Source: an uncultured Gemmatimonadaceae bacterium
GTDB taxonomy: Bacteria; Gemmatimonadota; Gemmatimonadetes; Gemmatimonadales; Gemmatimonadaceae
Length of the DNA stretch: 64,000 nt
Assembly (NCBI GenBank): GCA_963781585.1
Contig: CAWAGQ010000007.1
Coordinates: forward strand, 160,001 to 224,000
Direction of reading: 5' to 3'
Part shown: positions 10,518 through 22,984 of the stretch, in pieces
Layout of the letters: each line of letters opens with the position of its first letter
How positions within the stretch are numbered: the stretch's first letter is position 1
Program-made: the position numbers and the translations under genes
Notes under the pieces: model-generated
What the model saw: the letters and a program-made list of their open reading frames with translations, nothing else
The model's database searches: none
Told to the model about the DNA's origin: nothing

Positions 10518-10785
10518 CGGCTCCCTCCATGTATTGGCGCCGCTCCCGAGGGGTCGCGCGACGCGCCGTGATGAGGCGAATTGCTTCATTCGTTGGCGTC
10601 CAAGCCACCACGACGATCTGATCGACTAGGTCGCGGCCTATGGTTACGTAGCGAACTTCGGATGGATGGGGATCAGTGCGCGTGAGGGCAGAGGAGTCAT
10701 CGAACACACCGACCGCATCCGCAAACTCCACGCCGTGCTTACGACGGTTGGCGACGGCCTTTGCAGGGTCCCATTCGAAGCCCAT
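10510..10785 (-). CDS. brnT: BrnT toxin
   Basis: FEWDPAKAVANRRKHGVEF...IRLITARRAT. Confidence 0.92.
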   Translation of the reverse strand: MGFEWDPAKAVANRRKHGVEFADAVGVFDDSSALTRTDPHPSEVRYVTIGRDLVDQIVVVAWTPTNEAIRLITARRATPRERRQYMEGADA

Positions 10786-10861
10786 TGACGAGTGTATGCA
10801 CAAATGTGCACCATGTCAAGGCCATCGCGGTATCCGTTGCGCAACTGCGGGCGGCTGGGCT

Positions 10862-10979
10862 GTATAACGTGCCGCTTCAGCCGCGGCGAATCGATAGAAG
10901 ACCGCGCGCTGGACGTGAGCGAAAGCGAACGCCTGCGCGCACACCATAGCTTCGCCGTCTGCTGCAACGTCTGTTAGGC
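10862..10979 (-). other. attC site
   Basis: GTATAAC...CGGCGAA...TTCGCCG T CTGCTG C AACG-GTTAGGC. Confidence 0.88.
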
Positions 10980-12158
10980 AGAAGCCAACTCACGTGGCCA
11001 GTCCGGAGGAAGTCGCATCACTTCTCGAAGTTGCGGACCCGGCTCGAGCACCATGTGGCCGCCCGCAGGTCGTTGATTATCGAGAAACGACAAACCATGC
11101 TCCAGGGGGTATCGTGCCCAAGGATTATGATAGAGGACCGGTCGATGGACGGCCACAGTCCAAGGGAGAAGTGAGCCCACGGTGAGGACTCCGGAGACCC
11201 TCCGATTGACTGGCCCCTTCGGTCCTGCCCAAGCACCGTTCGGGGTTCGGCTTAACCGCGGCTTGCCTTGCATGCGGCCGTCTACGGTGTCGAAGACAAC
11301 GGTTTCTTGGCCGAAGATTGCCTGTATGACGTCGATATGCTGCGCCGACTGATCTGCGGCGTTTACGGCAACGAGATAAGGCTGTCTGAGACGACCATAC
11401 CGTGATGCTTTGGCTTTAATGCCATCGCGAATTGACGTCCAGTTTGCGACCATTCTGGCGACTCCCGATCCGAGCACGCCAATGGGTCGATGATCGGAGG
11501 CGCCCCTGCGTCCCTCGCTCACGGGAAACAAGGAGATCTGCAGGCGACAACCGTCGTGCTCAAACTCTAGGCTTGGCGTCTTGAAATCGCCGCCCTGTAC
11601 AGAAGCGCGCACCGCTTCGTAATCGATGCCTTGGAGCCAGTTCTCAACCGCCTTTCGGATTCGGGCTCCCTGAATTGGAGTTCGCGGAAGCCCGAAGTGG
11701 CGCAAGTGAAAGAAGAAGTCTGGCGATTTCGCCCGGTTAAGCGCGTCGTAGACAACGTTGAGTCGTTTGCTGGCGATCCGGTCAGCGGCGGCTTCCTCCG
11801 TGACGGTGACCGCTTCCACGAGGAATGGCCGAGCACTCGGAAACGTTACTCGGAAGTCCGGCCGCCTCCTGCCTCTACCTCGGTATGGATGCACCGTAAT
11901 GCGGGCGCCCGCGAAGCGAAAGAGGTGGTGAAGGTATAGCTCAAAGAACGCCGCTTGGAACTGAAGATTATCGGCCGCTCTTAGCCTGGCGACTAGCTCA
12001 TGTTGGTGCGGCTTCGGATACTCCGCGAGCCAGTCTTCGGTCAGGCGACGAATGGAACCAAATGCGGGATGCGCCGACCGATTGAGAAACGTGAAGTGGG
12101 GCTCGGTGTAGTCGGCGTAGGCAGTGTCGGTACGCTCAATGTCATCGAAGAGGATCAT
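10974..12158 (-). CDS. Cassette protein with PD-(D/E)xK-like nuclease motif
   Basis: AFFELY...RPDF...LVEAVT. The ORF fills a cassette bounded by 13-bp complementary ends. Confidence 0.7.
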   Translation of the reverse strand: MILFDDIERTDTAYADYTEPHFTFLNRSAHPAFGSIRRLTEDWLAEYPKPHQHELVARLRAADNLQFQAAFFELYLHHLFRFAGARITVHPYRGRGRRRPDFRVTFPSARPFLVEAVTVTEEAAADRIASKRLNVVYDALNRAKSPDFFFHLRHFGLPRTPIQGARIRKAVENWLQGIDYEAVRASVQGGDFKTPSLEFEHDGCRLQISLFPVSEGRRGASDHRPIGVLGSGVARMVANWTSIRDGIKAKASRYGRLRQPYLVAVNAADQSAQHIDVIQAIFGQETVVFDTVDGRMQGKPRLSRTPNGAWAGPKGPVNRRVSGVLTVGSLLPWTVAVHRPVLYHNPWARYPLEHGLSFLDNQRPAGGHMVLEPGPQLREVMRLPPDWPRELASA

Positions 12159-12172
12159 GATCTGTTGCTTCT

Positions 12173-12262
12173 GCCTAACGCCTAGCGTTCAGCTGCGCGG
12201 GCAGTCCAATCAAAGCGGCGAAGCCGCCACCATGGCGCCCGCGTCGGCTGCAACGCGTGGTT
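12173..12262 (-). other. attC of the PIN-TA cassette, split at R'' by an element insertion
   Basis: GCCTAAC-CGTT CAGCTG CGCGGGC...GCCCGCG T CGGCTG C AACG-GTT. The remainder TTAGGCAGCG is displaced to 14741. Confidence 0.88.
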
Positions 12263-12385
12263 GAACTCAATCCGCCTTCGGCGTCTAGCACTGCGATTTC
12301 GGTGCGTGCCCTTACTCCACCGTGGCTGATGAAGTTGGCGGAGTGATGTCCAATGTTCACGCTGAACCCCTTCAGCGAGGACACC

Positions 12386-13258
12386 ATGACACCGCTCCGC
12401 CAACGCATGATCCAGGATCTCCAGCTCCGCGGCTACTCCGATCGCACCGTCGAAGCCTACGTCCGCTCCGTCGCTCAGCTGGCCCGCTTCTATCATGCCT
12501 CACCCGACACCCTCACGGAAGAGCAGCTCCGCGACTACCTCCTTCACCTCACCACCGTTCAGAAGGTCGCCCGGGGCACCCACACCATCGCCCTCTGCGG
12601 CCTCAAGTTCTTCTACCAGCACACGCTTGGGCGCGAGTGGATGGTCCTCAAGGTGGCCCGGCCCAAGGGGGAGAAGAAGCTCCCGGTCGTCCTGAGCCGC
12701 GGCGAGGTCTGGCAAATCCTGGATCATCTTCGACTTCCCGTCTACCGCGTCTGCCTGACGACCATCTACGCCTGCGGCCTCCGCCTCTTGGAGGGCGCCC
12801 GCCTCCAGGTCCCCGATGTCGATGGTGCCCGGAAGCTGCTCCACATTCACGGCAAGCGCCGCAAGGATCGCTACGTCCCGCTCCCGGACGCCACCCTCGC
12901 GCTGTTGCGAGAGCACTGGCGGACGCACCGTAATCCCCTCTGGCTCTTCCCCACGATCACCCGATCCCATGCCGGCGTCCTGAGCGACCCGGCCGTGGGC
13001 CCCATCTCCCGCGCCAGCCTTCAGAGCGCCTTCGTCCGTGCTGTCAGGGCCAGCGGTATCCACAAGCGCGCGCACGTCCACACGCTCCGGCACAGCTACG
13101 CCACGCACCTGCTGGAGGCCGGTGTCAATCTGCGATTGATCCAGGAGTATCTGGGCCACACCAGTCCCAGAACAACCGCCATCTACACCCACCTCACCCG
13201 GGAGCTCCACGACGCCGCGCTGAGTCCGATCAACGATCTCATGGCGCGTCGCTCTTGA
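12386..13258 (+). CDS. Tyrosine recombinase (IntI/Xer-like, no integron insertion domain)
   Basis: YACGLR, GKRRKDR, HTLRHSYATHLLE, LGH...TAIY. GAGGA ribosome-binding site upstream. Confidence 0.95.
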   Translation: MTPLRQRMIQDLQLRGYSDRTVEAYVRSVAQLARFYHASPDTLTEEQLRDYLLHLTTVQKVARGTHTIALCGLKFFYQHTLGREWMVLKVARPKGEKKLPVVLSRGEVWQILDHLRLPVYRVCLTTIYACGLRLLEGARLQVPDVDGARKLLHIHGKRRKDRYVPLPDATLALLREHWRTHRNPLWLFPTITRSHAGVLSDPAVGPISRASLQSAFVRAVRASGIHKRAHVHTLRHSYATHLLEAGVNLRLIQEYLGHTSPRTTAIYTHLTRELHDAALSPINDLMARRS

Positions 13259-13305
13259 GTCGTTAGGCCCGTCGGTTCAGACAGCCACTGCCCCCGAGAC
13301 GGGCC

Positions 13306-14475
13306 GTGGTGGAGCTCGCGGACATCCTCCGCAGGGCGGGGCCCGAGTATCTGCGGACCCACGCCGGACCGCTCCTGCCCTCCCACCGGAGGGCCATGAA
13401 CGACATCGTCCAGTGTCGCACACCGGCCCTCGGTGGCTCGCTCTACCGCTGCGACGAGTGCGCTGCCCTCGCGTACCGCTACCACTCCTGCCGCAACCGC
13501 CACTGTCCCACGTGCCAGGACGATCGGGCCCAGAGATGGTTGGAGCGAGTCCGGCAGCGGCTTCTCCACACCGGCCACTACCTCCTCACGTTCACCCTCC
13601 CACAGGGGCTGCGGTCCGTCGCCCGATCGCACCAGCGCCTGGTATACGCCGCCCTTCTACGCGAAGCAGCTGCCACTGTCCTCACGCTCTGTAAGGACCC
13701 GAACTGGGTGGGCGGCACTCCCGCCATCCTCGCCGTACTCCACACCTGGTCGCGCACCCTGGAGCACCATCCCCACGTCCACCTCCTCGTCAGCGCCGGC
13801 GGCCTCGGCGCGGACGGCACGGCCTGGATCAAGCCCGCTCATTCTCGTTTCCTCGTCCCGGGCTACATGCTCTCCCCGATCTTCCGGGCGAAGATGCGCG
13901 ACGCGTTCGCACGAGCCGGCCTCGCCGGCGAGGTCGATCCCGGCGTGTGGACCCACCGCTGGACGGTCCACGTCAAGGCCATCGGCACCGGGCAGCACGC
14001 CGCACTCTATCTCTCCCGCTACATCTACCGCGTCGCCCTCACCAACCACCGCATCGAACGCTTCAGCAATGATCGCGTCACCTTCCGCTATACCCACGCA
14101 CGCACCGGGGAGACCCGGCGCCTGACGCTGCCGGTGAACACCTTCATCGGCCGTTTCCTCCAGCACGTCCTCCCCCGAGGCTTCACCAAGGTCCGCTCCT
14201 ATGGTCTCCTGAGCCCCGGCCGCCGCACGCAGCTGGAACGGGCCCGCGATCTCCTCGAGCTTCACGCTCGCGACGGCGTCCCGAAGTCCGCGAGCAACAT
14301 CCCGGCGCAGACTCCGGTCGCGCACGACCAGCCACCAACCGCGCCGGACCCCTGCTGCCCGGTCTGTCGGCGCGGTCGCCTCGTGGTCATCGACCACTTC
14401 ACCCGATCGCGCGCGCCGCCGGACTCGTGGTCCTCGCCGTGCTCCACCCCACCGACTGCCACAGTCGCCGCATGA
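13306..14475 (+). CDS. IS91-family HUH (Y2) transposase
   Basis: SCRNRHCPTCQ zinc domain, HPHVH HUH motif, YLSRY. Confidence 0.93.
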   Translation: MVELADILRRAGPEYLRTHAGPLLPSHRRAMNDIVQCRTPALGGSLYRCDECAALAYRYHSCRNRHCPTCQDDRAQRWLERVRQRLLHTGHYLLTFTLPQGLRSVARSHQRLVYAALLREAAATVLTLCKDPNWVGGTPAILAVLHTWSRTLEHHPHVHLLVSAGGLGADGTAWIKPAHSRFLVPGYMLSPIFRAKMRDAFARAGLAGEVDPGVWTHRWTVHVKAIGTGQHAALYLSRYIYRVALTNHRIERFSNDRVTFRYTHARTGETRRLTLPVNTFIGRFLQHVLPRGFTKVRSYGLLSPGRRTQLERARDLLELHARDGVPKSASNIPAQTPVAHDQPPTAPDPCCPVCRRGRLVVIDHFTRSRAPPDSWSSPCSTPPTATVAA

Positions 14476-14750
14476 TCCGCGCGCGTGGTCCGGCGAAGCC
14501 GCGCCCCATGATCGCCGGAGCGCACGGCCAACGCTGCGCCGGCCTCAATCGCGCGCGGCTGGTCCGGTGCGCGGCCCCCGGTCTGGGCTCGGCAGGCCGC
14601 CTGACGCTCGCTTCGCTGGGCGTCCTGGACGTCGCCTCGGGTCACGCACCCGCCTGAAACTCCAAGGCCCTGCCGCGGGGCGGACTGAGTTCAACCCCAG
14701 ATTGTGCCGCGGCTATCGCGCGGCACGAATCTTTACTTCGTTAGGCAGCG

Positions 14751-14972
14751 TCACGCCGGACGTCGCGCGTCGCGAACCAGCGCGACGATCTCGTCCCGAG
14801 ACCACTTGAGGTTCAATCCCTTGACGTCCAGTGGCGAGCCGGTGCGCGCTTCCGGCTGCAACACAAACACCTGGCCGTCGCGCCGGCGAATCCGGACCGC
14901 GCCGTCGCGCCGCGCTCGCTCTAAGAGCGCGGCGAGCCGTTGGCGCGCCTCCGAGTACGTGTACTCCTTCAT
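14751..14972 (-). CDS. Phd/YefM-like antitoxin
   Basis: MKEYTYSEARQRLAALLERA...VRIRRRDG. ATGA-coupled to the PIN toxin. Confidence 0.85.
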   Translation of the reverse strand: MKEYTYSEARQRLAALLERARRDGAVRIRRRDGQVFVLQPEARTGSPLDVKGLNLKWSRDEIVALVRDARRPA

Positions 14973-15367
14973 GTGGGTAGCTCCAGATGTTGGACCCCCG
15001 CCGCGTCTGCTGCGCGACCGAGCGCTTGATCCAGCGTGAGCAACGGCGCGCGCTGAGTGAGGGCGCACGTCACGAGGTAGGCGTCGTAGGCGTAGAGGCC
15101 ATGCTCAGCCGCGATCTCGAGCGCGAGCGCCAGGTCAACCTCCAAGAAGCGGATAGGAATACGTTCATAGGCCTCGAGCACCTGTTGCACCTCGCCCCGC
15201 GCGATCCGACGCCGTTTCAGCAAGGCCGATAGCGCATTGCCGACTTCCCAGTGGACGGAGGCTGGTGCCACCAGGTCGGCGCGCTGGGTTGCGCGGACGA
15301 GGCGGGGGCGTTCCGGTTCGCTCGTGAGGACGGCGATGAGCGCCGAGGTGTCGATGACAATGAGCAC
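14969..15367 (-). CDS. VapC-like PIN toxin
   Basis: VIDTSAL...WEVGNAL...YAYDAY...LLTLD. Confidence 0.9.
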   Translation of the reverse strand: MLIVIDTSALIAVLTSEPERPRLVRATQRADLVAPASVHWEVGNALSALLKRRRIARGEVQQVLEAYERIPIRFLEVDLALALEIAAEHGLYAYDAYLVTCALTQRAPLLTLDQALGRAADAAGVQHLELPT

Positions 15368-15435
15368 TACATAACGTACAATTGTACAAGCGCCTGCGCA
15401 ACCCCGACGGCATGCACGCCACTCGCCTCATCGCT

Positions 15436-15546
15436 GCCTAACGCCCGCAATTCTGCTGCGGCGCGATCACAACAATGCGGCTGGCGAATGGAATGAGCCA
15501 GCCGCGCACCGCATTATGCGCCGACAGCAGCAATTGCTCGTTGTGC
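15436..15546 (-). other. attC site
   Basis: GCCTAAC-GCAATT CTGCTG CGGCGC...GCGCCG A CAGCAG C AATTGC-GTTGTGC. Confidence 0.92.
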
Positions 15547-15819
15547 CGCGCGGCGTAGAAGAAGCGGAACCACCAGGGCGTCGCGCTCGCGGCGCCGGCA
15601 TGGACACCGGTCTGTCCACCCTCCGCAAAGTGCACATCGGAGAGCGCGTCAGCGAACGCTTTCGCGGACTCGAAGCGATCGGCGGGGAGTTCTCAAGTGG
15701 CGGTCGTGCTTGAGGTCCTGGGCGAGGTAGACGGTGGTCATGCCGCCCTGACCGAGTTATTCCTCGATCCTGCAGCGGCCGGCAAGAGCGGCGTTGAGCC
15801 GTTCGGTATTGTTTCTCAT
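15547..15819 (-). pseudogene. Internally deleted third Ser/Thr kinase
   Basis: MRNNTERLNAALAGRCRIEE*LGQGGMTTVYLAQDLKHDR is joined to PADRFESAKAFADAL. Confidence 0.85.
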
Positions 15820-18463
15820 TTTGCTGCTCCGGTCACGTTCTCGAACACCACAACGCGATCTGGCAACACCCGGCCCAGCTCTCGATGAAACACGAAACGT
15901 TGGTCGTCAGCTGCAAGGCTGTATTCGACCACAAGGGATAGCGAGCGAAACCGCTCCGCTGAAAACAGGACGTGTGGTCTATCGAACACGAATGTCGGCC
16001 CGGGCGTCAGCGGCACGCTCACCATGTTGGCGTTGCCGTCGCGGAAGAACAGCTCGCGGCCACTGTGACTCCACACTGGGTCCGACCCGCCGTCCGGCGA
16101 CACCAGCCAATTGCCGTCGCTCGTGTTCGGGAAGGGCCGCACCCGGACCTGCGCCCGGCCGGTTTCGAGCGTGGTGTACGCCAACCAGCGCCCGTCCGGC
16201 GAGACCGCCGGTTGCGATTCCTGGTACGGCGTGACCACCAGCGGGACTCGCGTGGTGTCACCGGTGCGGCGCACGCCGATCAGGTCGGAGGAGCCGCCAC
16301 CACCGTTGCGATACACGATCCAGCGATTGTCCGCGGTGAAAAAGACTTCGTGCACCTGCTCCGGATCGTAGAGCAGGGGTCGCTCGGGCTCCGACGCATC
16401 GGCGCGACGGATGTACGCCTCGCGCTTGCCGGCGCGATCCGCCATGTAGGCGACGGAGGTTCCGTCAGGTGTCCATTGCGGCCGGATGCCGCCATTGAAG
16501 CTCAACTGCGTCATCCGCCCGTTGTCCAGTTGCCGCACCCACACCTGCCCGCCGCGTGTTACCGCGAGCCGGCGACCATCGGGTGAGAGCTTGAAGGCGC
16601 CGTTCGGTGTCAGCTGGTCGTTCCAGCCGGGGTCCACCGGGCGGACCACGCCTTGTCGCGTGACCCAGACGACGTCAGTGGTGTCGTGAGCGTCGCTTTC
16701 CGCCATGTAGATCAGCGTGCCTTGCGACGACGTGGTGAAGTCGGGAACGAAGTCAGGCGCGCCCACTGACCCGAATACGACGCGCTCGACAAGCATCCGT
16801 GGCTCACCGGACAAACGCAGGTTGCGGGCGTCAAACGACTGGATCATCAGCGCACCGTTGCGCTCGGGCGCAAACACCAGGTATCCCGGCACATACTCGG
16901 CGTACGATCCGCGGGTCAGCACACGGTACTTGCCGGTGGCCTGGTCGGCGATGGCGATCTCAGAGCGCGCCGCATTCGCCCGATACTTGATGACGAAGAG
17001 GATGCCACGCCCGTCGGGCAGCGCGCACGGAAAGACGTGGTCGTCCTCGCCCGCCGCCGAGTCCACCGTGGTGAAGCGAACCGGCGTGCCGCCCTGCGCG
17101 GACACCTTCACGATGCCGGTGCGGCCGGAACCGTGAGCGTAGATGAACCCATCGGACGACCACGTCGCGCCGGCGTAGCCAATCCCGGTCGTGGCCACCG
17201 GAACCACAGGTCCGCCGTCCAATGGCACGACCTTGATGGTGCCGCGCGGACTCACGAAGCCGATCTTCGCGTTGTCGGGCGAGAAAAACGGAACTTCGGC
17301 ACCCTCCGTACCGGCGATCTCGACCGGCGACAACTGGTCGCGTGGCAGGACGAACAGCCGCCGCTCACCGCCCGCACCCTCGTGCAGGTACGCCAGGCGT
17401 GAGCCGTCCGGCGACAGTGCGATGCGGCGGAACCAGGCGCTCACCTCCCGCCCCTCAGGAAGTTGGAGCATGTACCGTCGCACGGGCGACTCCGGCGACG
17501 CACGTGTCCCACGCCAGCCCCACGCCGCCAGCGCTAGCGCGACGACGCCAACGGCGGCCACGGCAACGAACACGGGGTCGCGGAACCTGCCCAGGGCGGA
17601 TGCGGGCTGCACGCGCGTGGTTCCCGCTGCGGTGAATGCCGGGTTGACCAGGGCATCGGCAAACGCCTTGGCGGAGTCGAAGCGATCGGCCGGCACCTTC
17701 TCGAGCGCCTTGCGCAGTGCGTCGGCGACGTTGGGTGGCACCGACTTGCGGTGCTGCGTCACATCGCCGGCCGGCTCGGCGATGATCTTCATGATGATCT
17801 GCTGCGCGCTGCCACCCAGGTGCGGCGGCTGGCCAGCGAGCATCTCGTAGAGCACCGATGCCAGCGAGTAAATGTCGCTGCGACCGGTGATCTCCTTCTC
17901 CGCAGTGGCTTGCTCGGGCGACATGTAGTGCGGCGTGCCGAGCGAGAGGCCGGTCTCGGTCATGCGTCCGCCGGCGGCGGCAGAGACAGCGAGCGCAATG
18001 CCGAAGTCGGCCACCATGGGGCGACCGTCGTGGAGCAGGATGTTCTCGGGCTTGATGTCGCGGTGGATGACGCCGTGGCGGTGGGCGTAGTCCAGCGCGT
18101 CAGCGACCTGCGTGGTGATGCGAACGGCTTCGTCGACGCCGAGTTGTGTTTCGCGATCGAGTTTCCCGCGCAGGGTCTCCCCTTCTATATATGGCATCAC
18201 GTAGTACAGGAATCCGTCCGCGGTGCCGGAGTCGAAGAGCGGCAGGATGTGCGGGTGCTGGAGCGCGGCGGTGGTCTTGATCTCCACGACGAACCGTTCC
18301 GCGCCGAGCACGGCGGCGAGCTCGGGCTTCAGGACTTTGACGGCGACCTTGCGGTCGTGCTTGAGGTCGGCGGCGAGGTAGACGGTGGCCATGCCGCCCT
18401 GACCGAGCTGCTTCTCGATCTTGTAGCGACCCGCGAGTGCCGCGTTGAGGCGCTCGGTGCCGC

Positions 18464-18467
<4 letters not shown>
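15816..18467 (-). CDS. Ser/Thr protein kinase with TM helix and TolB-like propeller
   Basis: LGQGGMATV, HRDIKPEN, DFG, SPE, then SPDG repeats. Confidence 0.95.
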
Positions 18468-21094
<2,627 letters not shown>

Positions 21095-21278
21095 TGGGCG
21101 CTAGTGCAGCCGGCGGTCGGGCTCGGCACGATTGCAATATGGCGCTGGGCGGCCCGCCCAGCGAGCGATCCTGAATTCGACGAAGGGCGCGAAGGATAGT
21201 GGCGCCATCCTTGCTCTTGCCCGTTCAGCTGCGGCTATTCACCAAACGCAGCGAGAGGCTCGATGCCGGATGACGTCG

Positions 21279-21386
21279 GCACAACGGACTGGCAATAAGC
21301 TGCGGTGCAGTTCAACCGTTGGTCGCCGTGTCGCAACACGGCGGCCTTCCAGAGCCTGCGCCGGCTGCTTCATTGCCTTGTTAGGC
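21279..21386 (-). other. attC site
   Basis: GCACAAC-GGCAAT AAGCTG...CTGCTT C ATTGCC-GTTAGGC. Confidence 0.88.
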
Positions 21387-21596
21387 AGCCACCACCACAT
21401 AGGTGGCAATCGTCTGCCCCGCCGGAACCGGCGCCCCATCCTCGCGGAGGCCGTCAAGATGGAGCAGAATCGCTTCGCGCATGTTCGCCTCCACGTCGGT
21501 TCGCGAAGCGCCCGTCGCCACACAGCCGGGAAGGTCGGGCGAATAGGCGGAAAACCCCGTGCTCGTTGGCTCGAGTACGATCAGGTAACGATGCAT
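21381..21596 (-). CDS. hicB: HicB antitoxin
   Basis: FSAYSPDLPGCVATG...MREAILLHLDGL. Confidence 0.9.
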   Translation of the reverse strand: MHRYLIVLEPTSTGFSAYSPDLPGCVATGASRTDVEANMREAILLHLDGLREDGAPVPAGQTIATYVVVAA

Positions 21597-21600
21597 GGTC

Positions 21601-21801
21601 CTATGCTCCTGGCGGCGGCTTGAGCCCGGCCTGTTTCAGAATGCTGCCCAGCGTGCCCGGAGCCAGGTCGTCGTTGGACGATCCGGCCACCGTCACGCGG
21701 CCCGGCTTCGTGGGATGCTTGAATTGTTGATGACTCCCCTTCGTGCGGGCAAGGTACCAGCCGTCTTCCAGCAGGAGTCGGAGCACGTCACGAACTTTCA
21801 T
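21601..21801 (-). CDS. hicA: HicA toxin
   Basis: DGWYLARTKGSHQQFKHPTKPGRVTV...GTLGSILKQAGL. Confidence 0.93.
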   Translation of the reverse strand: MKVRDVLRLLLEDGWYLARTKGSHQQFKHPTKPGRVTVAGSSNDDLAPGTLGSILKQAGLKPPPGA

Positions 21802-21918
21802 CAGGGCAACAACTTACGCGTCACCCATCCCGGTGGCCAGTCTTCCGTCGAAGCATACTCGCGGGGCCCGACCGGGTCCCGAGCACAGCCACAAGATGGC
21901 CCGATATTGGGCGGGTCT

Positions 21919-21950
21919 GTCTAAGGCCCAGCGTTCAAGGCGAGTTAGGC
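21919..21950 (-). other. Collapsed attC (internal deletion)
   Basis: GTCTAAG...GTTAGGC spans only 32 bp. GTTAGGCGGCGAC complements the cassette start at 22749-22761. Confidence 0.7.
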
Positions 21951-21991
21951 GGCGACGATTCCGGTGCCTCGCGGACGCCCCGCCAATGGCA

Positions 21992-22597
21992 TCAGTCGAA
22001 GCGAACCGCTTGGAGCTTGTAGGTGTGCCCGGACGCCAGGATGACAATCGTATCCGCGGCCATTGTTGCGGGCACGGCATGGCCCGACGCGTCCATCAGG
22101 AGGAGCGCGTCGCGCGTCCAGGAGTACGTTCCCGATGACACCGTGACGTCCAGCGTCCGCGCTGAGTCACCTGGGAAGTCGACGCGCTGGGTAAGCACCA
22201 GAGTATACCCTCCCACACGGCAGGGAATCATCAGGTACGCGACTGTGTCCCCCACAGTCACCAACCCGTTCAAATGCAGAACCGCTCCGTTGGGAATCTC
22301 GGTCACACAGGCTCCGGACATGGGCCCCGCGGGCGTGAAGACGGTATCCGAATAGTGCGCGTAGCGCTGGAACGTCAGCGTGCCGGAGAGGATGCTAACC
22401 CGGGCACCTGCCGAGTCGACGGTGCAGCAGGGAACCGTCGCCGCATCGACCGTTCGGAGCGAATCGAGGGCCACGACGGAACCGAGGTCCACGGTAACGG
22501 ACGCGAGGTCCGAGGCGACGGAGGTGGGCGATTCGCACGCGCCCGCCAGCAGAGCGGCAGCGGATAGAGCAACCAGGATAGAAAGTGGTCGGCGCAT
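21992..22597 (-). CDS. Cassette lipoprotein
   Basis: MRRPLSILVALSAAALLAGAC lipobox. Confidence 0.75.
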   Translation of the reverse strand: MRRPLSILVALSAAALLAGACESPTSVASDLASVTVDLGSVVALDSLRTVDAATVPCCTVDSAGARVSILSGTLTFQRYAHYSDTVFTPAGPMSGACVTEIPNGAVLHLNGLVTVGDTVAYLMIPCRVGGYTLVLTQRVDFPGDSARTLDVTVSSGTYSWTRDALLLMDASGHAVPATMAADTIVILASGHTYKLQAVRFD

Positions 22598-22754
22598 GGC
22601 TCGGGCTCCATCGAGACTGTTCTGTAGTATCGACCCCAAGCCAGCGGCTCGGTATCCGCTTATCCCCGACGGGGGGTCGAGCCTTGACCGACCGAGGGCT
22701 GTGGTGACGAAGTGACAACATCACCAGCGTCCGCACGCGCCAGCGGAAGTCGCC

Positions 22755-22861
22755 GCCTAACGCTCCAGCATAAGCTGCCCCGCATCCAACAATCGCGCGC
22801 GCTGGCGCAGCACAGCGCGCGCTTCCTTCAGAGTATGCGGGGTCAGCTTCATGCTGTTGTT
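22755..22861 (-). other. attC of the first cassette, split at R'' by an element insertion
   Basis: GCCTAAC-CAGCAT AAGCTG CCCCGCAT...ATGCGGGG T CAGCTT C ATGCTG-GTT. The remainder TTAGACAC is at 25340. Confidence 0.9.
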
Positions 22862-22984
22862 GAACTCAATCCGCCTTCGGCGTCTAGCACTGCGATTTCG
22901 GTGCGTGCCCTTACTCCACCGTGGCTGATGAAGTTGGCGGAGTGATGTCCAATGTTCACGCTGAACCCCTTCAGCGAGGACACC

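Larger units (their letters stand above)
12261..14740 (+). mobile_element. Tyrosine recombinase plus IS91-like transposase element, copy 1 (2480 bp)
   Basis: Sequence shared with 22860-25339. GTT at both junctions. 17-bp inverted repeat at 12260-12276 and 14679-14695. Confidence 0.93.

Noticed and set aside
12386..13258. Element recombinase as a second integron integrase
   Set aside because: It lacks the IntI-specific insertion present in 25858-26859.
13261..13268. CGTTAGGC between recombinase and transposase as an attC or attI
   Set aside because: No partner stem is visible, and the word is common throughout this window.
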